Origin: a virus
Taxonomy: Duplodnaviria; Caudoviricetes
Reading direction: 5' to 3' (one strand)
IMG/VR virus record: IMGVR_UViG_3300009605_000003
Coordinates: 1 to 42,599 of that record
DNA: 42,599 nt
The notes below the pieces were generated by a model, which worked only from the letters and a program-made list of their open reading frames with translations, searched no databases and was not told the origin of the DNA. Positions 6,572 through 19,000 of this stretch are shown here, piece after piece (the first letter of the stretch is position 1; each line of letters opens with the position of its first letter). The position numbers and the translations under genes are program-made.

Positions 6572-8216
6572 GTTCGTACCACCAGCTCCAACAGAATCTC
6601 GATCTGACTTGAAGATGGAAGGACTTTCTAATACTCAGATCCAACTCTATATGGAACATATGGTCCGTAATAGAAGAGAGTTTATTGAATCTTGGATAAC
6701 CATCAACGACAAGAACAGGACACCTGGTCCTTTCTCGCTGAATCCTATTCAGTCGGATATGAGCTCTTACATTACGGAGAGGGGCGGCAGGCATGTAATG
6801 CTCAAGCCGTCCCAAGTGGGTGCTTCCAGTTATTTGATTTGCGATATGCTAGTAGATACTATCTTTACCCCTGGCACAACTTCAGTAATTGTCGCTCACG
6901 AAGAGTTCATTACCCAACGTCTACTCACTAAGGCTCAAGCTTTTTATGATTCCATACCAGAGGAATTCAAACCACCCATGGCTCACCGCGGAGCACATGA
7001 AAAATCCTTCCCTGATATTCACTCTGTGTTCTATATCGGATCAGCTAGAGCCTTCACTTTCGGGAGGGGCGATGCTATACATAACTTCCTCGCAGATGAA
7101 TATGCTTTTTGGCCGGACACTGCTAAGATTATGGTGCCCACCTTGCAACGAGTACCACCTCAGGGCCGGGTGATGGTTCTATCTACTCCCAATGGTGAGG
7201 ATAATGACTTCCATGATCTTTACTATGAAGGAAAGTCTCCCGACTCTAACTGGCAATCACACTTCTATCACTGGATGCAGCACCCAGAATATTTCTTATA
7301 CTCTGAATCTCCTCTTGCTCTCCCATCTGACCGTCAAGAAGAACTGAATCTCCTCACTGATATTGAGATACAACTTCTAAGAGATGGTTCAACCACAGAT
7401 CAAATAAGATGGCGTCGTTATAAGAACGCTGAGATGGCAGCACTAAAGAGACGTGGTGATACAATATCACTATTCCCACAGGAATTTCCCGAGGATGAAA
7501 TAACTTGCTTCCTAATAGCAGGAGACATGGTCTATGATCCCGAAGAGGTTGATAGGATGGCTCGTGATTGTATTGAGGCGCCCTCGTCCAAAAGTTTACT
7601 TCCAGGATTCCCTGCTACCAAAACTCTCATATGGGAAGAACCACAAGAACAATACGACTACCAAATCGGAGTAGACCCAGGCCAAGGTAAGCATACTGAA
7701 ACTTGTATATCAGTTTGGAGGTTTGAGTACGATGCAGAACTTGATATTGAGCGACCTATCTTTGTCGCAAGGTGCTCTGGCCTTATCGAACCTGACGAAA
7801 CCGCAGACCAGGCCAAAGCTATTGGCCGTTTCTACAACACCGCTTCAATATCGGTCGAGGGAAACGGACATGGAATGGCGGTCCTTTCCGGAGTTAGGGG
7901 TTACCCTAGACTCTACCACAGAGTTGAGATCGCCAGCGGGCGTCGCACTCGTACAATTGGTTGGATAACCTCCAATAAGACCAAACCTTTTATGATCTCT
8001 CAAGTCCAAGAATTAATGGAACATATGATCTGCCGAGATATACGGACAGTAAGTCAATTCCGTAATATCAGGTGGGTTAGTAATGCCCGAGGTGATAAGA
8101 TAGCTCAGTCTATGGGAGCCGACGACCTCCATGATGGTGCAGCTATCGCCATAGCTAGTCGAGATGTTTACAAGGGTGCCCGAGGATTCGTAGGCGCCAC
8201 AGCGGGGTGGGATTAG
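6558..8216 (+). CDS. terL: Terminase large subunit
   Basis: LNPIQ, LKPSQVGASS (Walker A variant), FLADE (Walker B), LSTPNG, and nuclease motifs GVDPGQG and DDLHD. Confidence 0.95.
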   Translation: MVDSKFVPPAPTESRSDLKMEGLSNTQIQLYMEHMVRNRREFIESWITINDKNRTPGPFSLNPIQSDMSSYITERGGRHVMLKPSQVGASSYLICDMLVDTIFTPGTTSVIVAHEEFITQRLLTKAQAFYDSIPEEFKPPMAHRGAHEKSFPDIHSVFYIGSARAFTFGRGDAIHNFLADEYAFWPDTAKIMVPTLQRVPPQGRVMVLSTPNGEDNDFHDLYYEGKSPDSNWQSHFYHWMQHPEYFLYSESPLALPSDRQEELNLLTDIEIQLLRDGSTTDQIRWRRYKNAEMAALKRRGDTISLFPQEFPEDEITCFLIAGDMVYDPEEVDRMARDCIEAPSSKSLLPGFPATKTLIWEEPQEQYDYQIGVDPGQGKHTETCISVWRFEYDAELDIERPIFVARCSGLIEPDETADQAKAIGRFYNTASISVEGNGHGMAVLSGVRGYPRLYHRVEIASGRRTRTIGWITSNKTKPFMISQVQELMEHMICRDIRTVSQFRNIRWVSNARGDKIAQSMGADDLHDGAAIAIASRDVYKGARGFVGATAGWD

Positions 8217-10007
8217 ATGGTTGAGACACAACAAGGATTAGGATCAAAAACTCCATCGGGGTTTAGTAGAACTCCGTTTCAGCCGTCTGATGGAGTGCCT
8301 CTAGTATTTGGTTCAATGGATTCAGTTACTAATTCTACTTGGTGGACTAGACGAGCCCAGACTATTGCAGGTAACTGGAATGCTCGTAATGCTAAGATGA
8401 AAGACTGGTACAATATTTTGTTGCTTGAGGATAAACTCAAGAAGCCAGGTTTAGAATCAGTTGTAGCCAATGACCCGCGAACTTCATTCAACCTTGCAAC
8501 TCATATTCTTAGTAGGTCCTTCCTTCGTCATGGGGAGTCCCTGTTCCCGGTAAGTAGCGAGTTTGACCGTCCACTTGCAGATCTAGCGGTCCAAATGGAC
8601 GCATGGTGGGAACTTGAGAACAAGCGAAATATGTCTAGAGGACGACGTGCTTGGCTTACCGAGGTGTCTCAGCATATGCTTGCAACTGGATGGTATGCAG
8701 TCAAGGTTGACCCTGATGAGACCAAAGCAGAAATTATTAGCCCAGCTCAGGTCTTTCCAGAGTATGACCCAGATATGGGAACTATCGAGGTAGTACATGC
8801 TTTCAGGCTAACTAAGCACCAATCTCTCATCAAGGCTCAGAATAATGGATGGAATGTAGAGTCCTTCGACCCACTCAACACTGGCCTTATGCAACGGTTG
8901 AAGGGTTGGTTCAATAATCCTAATGACACAGTACAATGGTATGACCACTGGATCTGGACTGGAGACGGAGCTATCAATGCAGTCCTGGCCGATGGTGAAT
9001 TTATGCGCCGGCCAATGGCCTTCACAGATCTCGACAAAATACCGATATTTACAGGTCCTGCCAAAGGACTACCAGATAGAGGAGAGATTCTATCTTCAGA
9101 TTGGACTAAGTCAGCGGGTGAATCTTTTGTAGGAGTTAGTGAAGAACTCTGGCATAACATGGACCGCCAACTTACATATCTACAACAACTACTCCGTGAC
9201 ACAGCTCAGGCTCGTTGGAAGGTTAGAGGTAATGTAGATGTAACCAAAGAGGAACTTGAGCGACGTGGTGGTGTGTTCCGAATGGATGAAAACTCTGATA
9301 TCTCTATGATAGATGGTATCCCCATTCCTGTTGAGATAAGTACCCAACTTCATATGATGAGTGGGATGCTTCAGAGAGACACCTTCCCACACTCTATCTT
9401 TGGTGATGTAACTGGGCAGATCTCTACTCTACAAATGTCACAAATAGCTGGTGCAGCCCAGCATGTGCTAACACCATATAGTGATGCTCTCACTACTCTA
9501 CTAGGTGAGATAGATAATATGTGGTTACGGGCCGTCAATAACATGGGTGAGGATCCACTCGGAAATTTATTACCCATAGGTTTGCCAGATAATCTTATTC
9601 TCAAAGTATCTCAGTACTTGTCAGTCCCAGGTGATGCTGTAGCAAGAGCAAACTTCTCCAAGATGATGAATCCTGATTTTACTCTATCCCCACAAACTCT
9701 CATGGAATTATCATGGCCTGAAGTTGATAATCCTCTAGAGGAAATAGAACGATCCAAAGCTTACAAGGCATTGAACTCACCACCATCCCAGCGTATAGAT
9801 TTGATAATTGCTTTGGAAATTCGATCTAATGAAGAAAAAATAGCAGGTAATGAACGTGCTTCGGAACTCTATGCTCAAGAAGCTACTAGGCTGAGACAAC
9901 AAGGTGCTGGACAGGATTTCCAACCGCCTGGACCAACTGGACCAGCTGGACCACCTCCTTCACCAAATGTAGCCCCACAGACTATCAGTACTGGAGAATT
10001 TGTATAA
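8217..10007 (+). CDS. Portal protein
   Basis: ~600 aa immediately after terL; portal-like helical pattern and Pro/Gln-rich tail. Confidence 0.8.
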   Translation: MVETQQGLGSKTPSGFSRTPFQPSDGVPLVFGSMDSVTNSTWWTRRAQTIAGNWNARNAKMKDWYNILLLEDKLKKPGLESVVANDPRTSFNLATHILSRSFLRHGESLFPVSSEFDRPLADLAVQMDAWWELENKRNMSRGRRAWLTEVSQHMLATGWYAVKVDPDETKAEIISPAQVFPEYDPDMGTIEVVHAFRLTKHQSLIKAQNNGWNVESFDPLNTGLMQRLKGWFNNPNDTVQWYDHWIWTGDGAINAVLADGEFMRRPMAFTDLDKIPIFTGPAKGLPDRGEILSSDWTKSAGESFVGVSEELWHNMDRQLTYLQQLLRDTAQARWKVRGNVDVTKEELERRGGVFRMDENSDISMIDGIPIPVEISTQLHMMSGMLQRDTFPHSIFGDVTGQISTLQMSQIAGAAQHVLTPYSDALTTLLGEIDNMWLRAVNNMGEDPLGNLLPIGLPDNLILKVSQYLSVPGDAVARANFSKMMNPDFTLSPQTLMELSWPEVDNPLEEIERSKAYKALNSPPSQRIDLIIALEIRSNEEKIAGNERASELYAQEATRLRQQGAGQDFQPPGPTGPAGPPPSPNVAPQTISTGEFV

Positions 10008-13000
10008 TGGCTGAACCGACTCCTCTGGAAGAAAAGCTAGCTCCAAAGCGTCTAAGGTTGGGTCGTGAAGAAGATCAGCCACCCTCTATTCCTTCTGAGC
10101 TGCTAATTCCTAAAACTATACCTGGTCCAATAGGGAGTCAATCTATTGGACAGATCCCAAATCCTCTGCACCCAGAGCCACTTATAACTGGTGGTGTAAG
10201 AGGGAGAGGAATTCCAAAGATTTCTCCCCGTGCAGTAGGGGGAGGATGGCATGCTCCTGATGATAACTTGGAAGCTCTAACTGAAGCTGGCATACAGAAC
10301 TTTACAGCTAGTGTCCGCCAAGCTGAGTCAAATTTACCAGAAATGTACAAGGATATGGAAGTATTTTGGTACACGGAAGCCCAACGCGAAAGTTTGAACC
10401 TTTCAATTGATGACCACAACCTTAGAGAATATATGTTCAACTTCCGTAGTACGATGGCAGACAGGCAGTTTAGCTCTTTCGTATTCACTAGTGGTGCTGC
10501 TGATTTCCCAGTACAGTCTGTACCAACTAATGATGATCTCTTAGCCCAGGATGAAACTTTCCTAGCTGGTGTTGAGGCTACTAATGCCCAACGGGTAAAA
10601 GTTGCTCGGGCTAACTTCATGTGGCAGACTCTTATCACTATGCAAACTGGCTGGGTAAATGGTGAGTATGATGATATAGAAGATGCTATAAATACTCTGA
10701 TAGGTACAGGTGAAGACGCTGAATACATAAGGTCTCTTATATCTCCAGAACTCCTTGAACAACTCGACTCTGCATTTTCTAGTCTAGCAGCCAATGTGCC
10801 TCGTACCTTCTCAGTAGTTGATATAGGTGATAAGGATATAGATGACGTTTTAGAAGACCTAACTAAACCAGCTGAGTCACAAGTTATATTTATCAGCAAC
10901 TACTCAGCAAAGCAACTTGCTGACATGATGCAAACTCGAGGTATCCCAGAGTTAGAGTTACCTAGGGGAATGTCTATTAGTGACTTCACTAGATACCTTG
11001 GTACTCAGGGTGTAGATAAAGAAACTATTGATGGCCTAAATTCTTCTCGAGAAGATCTAACTGAACTTGTGGGGCTATTTCAAGAGCAGCGCCTCATGTC
11101 TACAGCTATCCAGGCAGACTTAGCTAGTGCTATTGTACCAGCTCTGTCTTGGAAAGAGGCAATGAAACTATCTATATTACAGCCTGCCTACCAAGCAGCT
11201 ACCATGATGGAATGGTATGCTAATAGTATTAGTGAACCTTCTGCTGCACTTCAGGTTCGTAGTGGTCTTTCACCTGTAACCTTCGCTACACAAGGTTATA
11301 CAGTAGGGTCAGCCTTTGGGAAATATGGTCGTGTAATAGGTGCTGCGGCTGGGTTTACTTATGGGATGTATTCACAATTCAAATATCGTGGTGAACTCCA
11401 ATCAGCTTACTTACATGCTCGGTCTCGTGGCGATAATTTTTGGGAAGCTAATGGGCAGGCTTTCCAAGATTGGGACGCAGGTTTTGGATCTAAGATACTT
11501 CTTGAGACTGCTGGTGATCCATTATTGTTCTTCGGGTTTGAAATGTATGGTAGACAAATTGCAAAGATAGGATCTAGCAGTAGAGCTGGTCTAATAAACC
11601 CTGCTACTGGTCTAGTTCGTACTAGGGATTCTAATATAGCTTGGTTATCAAGTAGGCTTCTAGCCACAGAGCGACGTGTAAACCAAGTTACAGACGCTGC
11701 GTTTATACTTCCATTCAAAGCGATAGGTAAAATACCACTAACTCCATCCCAGGTAGCAATACGACGTGCTATTGCAGTAGCTAACCGTGGACGTAAGCTA
11801 GTCAAAAAAGTATCAGTTACTGGATTACCCGATGGGTCTCTACCTCCAGGACCATTGGTCAAGTGGTTCTCCCCCACTATTGACCGCGACACCACAAGAG
11901 CTGTAGCTGAGTATTCTTGGCAAGCAATGGTTGATGCTAAGAAGTCCAATGTAGCTATGGATGATTATGCTCTATTTGGCGATATGCTAAGAGAGTCTGT
12001 AAACCGTTGGTTGGATGCAGAGGAGATATCTAGATTATTTACTCCTATGCTAAGGAAGTCCACGGAAGGTAGATCAAATATAAGGTATGTACCTGCTCGT
12101 GATCCCCAGACGAAAATAGGTCAGGTACTCACTGTCCTCGACGAGAATACAGTGGAGATTACTATTGAGAATGTAACTAAAATCAATGAAATATTACAAA
12201 GTACAATCCATAAATCTGGTACTAGATATTCTATATTGGAAGCTAGAGCAGAGATAGCTAGAATTCTCCAAGCAGGTAATACGGCTGGTGAAAGGGAAGC
12301 TGGTCGAATAATAGGTAGGTATGCTAGAAATATCAAACGAGATGCTCTAGCTCCATTCCGATCTCTAGAGAATCCAGACGATATGTTCAAGAGGGTATTC
12401 CAGGAAACTCGAGATACTTTCAATAGGAATATCAACTCTGATGCCTGGCGGTACTATGAAGATCTTGGGGTCAACCAATCTCGCACAACTCGTGAGATAG
12501 CTAAGTATGGTCAACGTGCACCACTAACTTGGGCTATGTGGTTGGATCAAGCTATAGTATACCCATTTAGTAGGGCAGTTCTTTACTTCCTCAACTACGG
12601 ACCATTCAATGTTCTTGAGTCCAAGATTAGGTTAATAATGGCGGGTCATCCTATGCGGCCACCACCTCATATTAGAGCTGAACCAGCTTATGCTCTATGG
12701 CTGCAACAGGGTGACTTGACTAACTCTTCAGACTTCTTATTTGATTTAGATAGTACTTTTCATACTATGAGACAAGGTCCTATTGCTGCTCCACTATCCG
12801 TAGAAGAATCTCATCTTGGTATACCTATAGCTGATAATGTTAGGCGTGGTATATTTCCTGGTATAACTGAAGACCTTGACCACTTCGCCGCTAAGTTCCC
12901 AATCTTTGGAGATAAGATTGCACCTAAAGTAGGTGAACTCCCACGTGGGTTGATGTCATTAGCTTCGCTGAATGATGTATCTTCTAGGATAGCTACCCAT

Positions 13001-16000
13001 GATATGATTAGGTATGATTACTATGAGTTCGCCAGGCAGCTAGATATCCTTGGCCCAAAGATGAATCGTCAACTACGAGGTGCTATAGCAGGCGATGTAG
13101 CTGCTGGATTTGGTCATGTTGATTGGGAAATACTTGAGCAAAGAGTTGGTAAAGATCTAACCGATATTGTCAAAGGTCATATTACAGGTGTGGGACAGCG
13201 AGGGCCGGATATGGTGGAAGCCATAGAAGGACCAATAGCTGCTTTACTGGATCTCAAACTAAGCCATAATATTGATAAGGCACTCAACGAACATCCTTGG
13301 ATGGATGAACCTTTCAAGAATTCTATTATGGAATTAGTGCGTAATGGTAAACTTCATTCTGGAAATCTTGATGAAATGATGCCTCAGTTTGCTGCTATGT
13401 TACTCGAGTCTAATCATATCTACCAAGCTTGGTGGGCAGATCAGATTACTGATGAACTAGTCCGTCAAATAAAGACTTTCACTCCTACAGATGTAAAGTC
13501 CGCTATGGCTATGCTGGGTCAAGTAGATCTTATTTTGGAAACAGTCCGTACTAAGATGAGTAATGTATCACAAGCTGCAGCTGTCCGAGGCCACCAGATC
13601 AAGAGTAGTACAGTTAGATCAGGTCTACATTCAAACTCTAAGGATGTCATAGAAAAGATGTCCAATAGCCTTGAGGCAGCTATTATAGACTTGAGAGAAG
13701 ATATAGTAGCTAAGTTACGGGTTGGAGTACCTGGTATAACACCAAGTAGAGCTAATCTTATGTTACGCAGGTTAGACTTTGTTGAGCAGGATATGCGTAA
13801 TCTGATAGCTGCTGATGGTCCTAGGGTTATGGAAGCAAGGCGACATGAGTTAGTATTTATTAGGAGAACTGAGTCTCTTGAGTCAGCTAACCTCAAAGTA
13901 GAGCAAGCTTGGAATGATTACTGGGCCCAACATTACAGGATAAAGGCGGATATGTCAGATATTGATGACGCACTTTTCCTTGAAGAAGGTGGTATCAAAC
14001 CAGAAAAAGGTATCCGTGAGCCTATCTCTACGGAACTTACTTCTAGTGACATAGCCTTCATGTATGCAGGTAGAGATACAATCTCTTCAGACATGGTATC
14101 CAATATTTTGGATAAACAATCACTGACTCTAAAGACTAAAGAAGAGTTTATAGCTGAGCATATGGCTACTGCTGAGAGGCAGGCTGAAAAACGTAAGGCT
14201 AAGGCTGAGGACTTCGGGTTCAACCAAGGTAGTGTTGGTAAAGTCTATGATGACTTGTTATCATCTCTATCATTCCAGCCTGGTTCAGGTTATCATGAAC
14301 CTCTAATGCAGGCCGTTGAAGGGGTTAGGAATAGTCTCTACGATTCTCTTTGGAAATCAAAAGTAACGCCTGAGGACCATGAAATATATAGTAGGGTTAT
14401 TAGGCAAGTTGCTAACAATATAAGACGTACTGATATCACTGATGGATATTGGGAGCCTAAGATAACCCGTATCCCCAACAAGGATATGGACCCACAGTGG
14501 GATAACCCAATCACTAGTCCTGATGATATACCACCAGGATTTGTACATGGTACTAGTGAAGGTAATATCAAAAATATCCTCAGGGATGGACTTACTCCTG
14601 GATCTAGCCTAGAACCCTCGGGTCAAGATGTATACTCTACCAGTGATGTAATAAGGATTCACTACTCTGGTGAAGTAACTGGCCCAGACGCATCAAGGTC
14701 TTTTGCTCCAGAGTTCAAAATCCGTAGTAACAATACAACACTTCAGCCCAGTCAAATATCTGCTATAGAAATAAACGCTCAAGATATAGCAGTACCAGGA
14801 ACTGATGAAGGAGTCCGCTCGGCAGAAGAAGTAATCCAGGATTCTGGTGATTTTGCCGAATCCTTAGGATTCCCCAGAGATACACCTGAAGTCATCTTCG
14901 ACCAGGGTAGTCCTAGTGAAATGCGTAGGTTGGAAAGAATCCTTGATAGCCAGGAAACTGCCCCAGGCTCTGGTGTACGGGCAGATGGCCAAGCTGTAGC
15001 TATTGGACCCGAAGGAGTAGAGGCTCAAGTAATCAAGGATATAGAAGCTAGTGGTCTAAATATTGCCATCTTCCGTAACACCTTTGATGAGGATGGAATC
15101 TCCACTGGTATGGAGTTGATAAAGCCTGGTCGACGCACTCAAGTCTCAGGTACTCGTGCTCTTTCAGATGAAGGTAGACCAGTTATTGTATACCATGGTA
15201 CCTATAGAAATTTTGAAGAGTTCTTACCAGATTCTAGTAGTAATTTCAATTTTATGGGCGCCGGCATCTATGTAGCTGAGAACCCGGCCGTAGCTGGGAA
15301 ATACGTTGGGGACATGTCTCATAAGTGGACCGCTAGAGGTAACCTAATTTCAGAGAGTCCGGCTGATTCTCAGGTGATAGCTGATGACCTCAACATCGAC
15401 TTGACAAAGGTGGCTGACGCTATAGAGCATTCACGTACTGCACCGGGAGCACCAGAAAAGATTAGGTTATCCAGGTCAGAGGTTGAAGATCTATACTGGG
15501 TTACTGGTAAATCAGATATCCGCCAGGACACTAGCGTTCCAGTAGATCTTCCCTTTATGACTCATCAGGCAGATGTACTTCCTGGGGAACGTTCTATAAC
15601 CACACTTGAAAAGTATCTTAGAAGGATAGATTGGAACAGTGTACCCGAATCAGAGGATATTCCTGATGAAGTGGCAAATATATCTATTAGGGACGTACAT
15701 TTTGAGCAGGATGTTCCCCATGGTCCTATCCACGTAGAGGTTGATTTTGACCAAACAGTTGATGCCAGACCACAGGTAAAGACGGCTCGCCTCAATGTCC
15801 AGAATCCATACAAAGCTGACCATGCTATAGGTAGTTCAGAGGTTCGTGCTGTCAACGCCGACCCGGTACAAACAGGTGTTACCTTCGAAGCCTCTTCCGC
15901 TTTGGATGAAGGTGCTATATCTACTGAAATGAATATGGATGAGGTGTTCGATGACTTCAAGTCTATAGGTCTCAAGTCCGAATTTCATACCTCCAGGTAT

Positions 16001-19000
16001 GATACTAAGCCTATCCCTGAGACCTCAGAGTTTGGTGGCCTACAACTCTTCGTAGGTGAAGAAGCCATAGAGGGTGGGATTGAGGCACAGTCGAGAGCTA
16101 ATGCTGAAGTCTGGGCGGAGATTCTAAATGAAGGTGCTGACCTCACGCCTGGACCCGTCTTTATTACACAGCAGGACGTAACAAGTAATAGTATCCAGAG
16201 AGTAGTCAAAGCTACTCCTAAGATGAAGCATGAAGTTGAAGCAGTAAGGCTTCATAATGAATCCTTTACCAAGGAAACTTCTGCCGTTCAAGTACCTGCA
16301 TTTGAATTGGACATGGATGTAAGGTACCATGGTAGGACTTACAATCTCCGAGGTACCATGCAGACTGGACCATCCTATGAAGGTGAGGACTGGAGTAGTG
16401 GAGGAGCATTACTTATAGAACTCCACACCAAGGGTCAGGAATCTGCTGGCGTTATAGGTCTAGTAACTGGTCTTCCTCCCGCAGACACTGGTATTGTACA
16501 GGCTCTTACCGACAACGATCTTGTTCGCATAGGCCGTAAGGCTATGGATGAATCGCCTGAAGATGTAAAGAGTATAGGATTTATAGGTCGATCAGTTGGA
16601 GATTTAGATGTTGGTATGGCTGAAGCCGGCGCTCCATTGGTGGGTACCAGAGAATTCTTTGAGCGAGGACGTAATAAAGAGGAATGGGTCCTCGAAGTAG
16701 ACTACGAGCAAATACGGGGTATTGGTCAACCAATCTCCAACGCTGATGGTTCTACCACCAGGGTAGAAAACTTTGACTACATTTCTGAGAGTGAGGAATT
16801 TGCTGACGGTCTCAAGAAAGAAGCATTTATACCCGTCTATAATGTGAAGAAGACCTTCCTTGACCCAGTCAAATCTGCTGAGTCTAGGCTTCAGCATAAC
16901 CAGTTCATGGCAGGATATGATGAGTGGACTAGCAAACTTGACTTCAGTCATCTGGATGATACTACTAGGTCAGCACGAGAGCAAGATATCCGCTCCATGA
17001 GGATCGAGCTTGAAAAAGTATATGAAGATCCTAATTACAAAGATTTCCATCCTGAAACCGACCAGGTCAAGTCGGTCCGTAATATCAATGTTTACCCAAA
17101 CTTACGGGTATTATCACACCTCATAGACCGTTCGTGGACGTATAATTTAGGTGGCCCCTCGACTGGTCAGTCCGTTGGTAATGTGCTAAAAGAGATATTA
17201 CAGTCTGGTGATTTTGACAGTATTAGGCACTACGGTGGGCCCTATGGTGGCACCTTGAAATCCAGAACAGGTGGAGATGCTGAGGGTAGAGTCTGGATAC
17301 TTTGGGATGGCAATCAAATCCAACTCCCGCAGGATAGTGTGGACAAAATTCTTATGAGGAGAGATATACCTAACCCAGAATGGACTGATATCCGTGAGCG
17401 GGCTGCTCTTGCCGCCAAGGAACGTAGGACACTTGACTACCCTACCTACAATAATGATACAGCACTCAACGCTAGTGCTCAATCCATCTTCCCGTACTTC
17501 AATTATGAAGCCCAACGATGGCCTTGGATTATGCGTAACATGCTATCACGACCAGGACCTTTACAAGCTTGGGGTCGATACACAAGAGATAGTGATGGTG
17601 GCTATACTCACATACCAGGAACAAACTTAGAGATCAACCCTCTTAGAGGCACAGTATGGATGGGTGGCCTTAGGAGACTTTATAAGGCTGACTACCCAGA
17701 GTATGCTGACCAATTTGGATTTGGAACAGAATTCCTTGACTACATAAGTAGGCTAGGGTTCTGGCCTGGGATTCACGTGCAACTACCAATCACTATGTTT
17801 GGTGCTGCATCTACTAGTCATCGACCACAGCTAGGTGAGGTATTACCTCCAACTGCTCAAACTGCCTTAGGTGCTATTACGGCAAAGTTCCCTGATGCAG
17901 GATTTACTGCTGCACTAAATAATATAATATTCCCAGATAGATTCCGTGACTTCAAAATTGCTAACCTACTGTCCGAGACTGAGTTTGGTGGACATGATGG
18001 TGTTCAAATTTGGCAGAAACGTAAAGATGGTATAGCCCTAACTGCTACTGAGCAATCTGCATGGAATAAGACTGCTCGTCACGTAGCCATTATATCGGCT
18101 GGGCTAGACTCACAATTTGGGCTATTCAGAGTTAGAGGTAGAGAGAAGATTGAAGCTCTTGAAGCTTTACGTCAAGCTTACTTTGTCTACACTGGAATTA
18201 GCCCCGAGCAGCAGATAGAAATATCTTCTACTTTCGCTGCTACAGGACGTAGACTAAATGATGTTGTAGCTTTAGATCCGATGGACAGGTTTGTTGTGAG
18301 AGAATTCCTCGAGAAGCATATGAACCATCTTCAACAGCAAACTGCACCTCTAATGCCATCACTCCTTGGTGATATCCAGTCTAAGACTATTGAGTATCAC
18401 AACCAGATTGAGGATATATTTGAGGGGGCTCGTCGTAATGGGTTCGTAGACACTGATGCTATATCTGGAGCCGAATATCAGTCTCACCGTCCTATTGAAG
18501 CAATAGAGTTAGATTGGCGTGCTGGGGTAATTACTTCTCGTGATGCCATATCAGAAATAAATGATGTTCTATCCTTTGCTATAGACAGCGTCAAAGGTAT
18601 AGGTGACTTGCCTAGGTTTGAGGGTGTGCCAAAAACCCGATTCGAGCGTGAGCAGTTCTATATGGAACATAACATACCTATGCCGACTTGGTCTGCTGGA
18701 CAAGAGATCTTATGGGAATACTATAACCTTGAACCACGGCTCAAATTCAACCCTGATACTGGAACTATGGAAAGGGACTTTGACGGTTACTTTGCTCATA
18801 TAGATATGATGTTTGAACTTATGGGTCCTGAATTTGGACCTCGTCTGCTTAGCCGTATCCAAGCTGACTGGGCTGATATGCAAGTGCTAAGGTGGGGTGA
18901 CAGCCGTGAATTTATAAGGCCATATAAGAACATAAGAGCTATAGTCCAACGACGTCAACCTGAGAATGAACAGGCAATTATTGAGCGGTTCCTCAGGTCT

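Noticed and set aside
14460-17370. Intein in the giant protein
   Set aside because: No C/S-start splicing block with HN-C/S/T end, and no LAGLIDADG motif recognised
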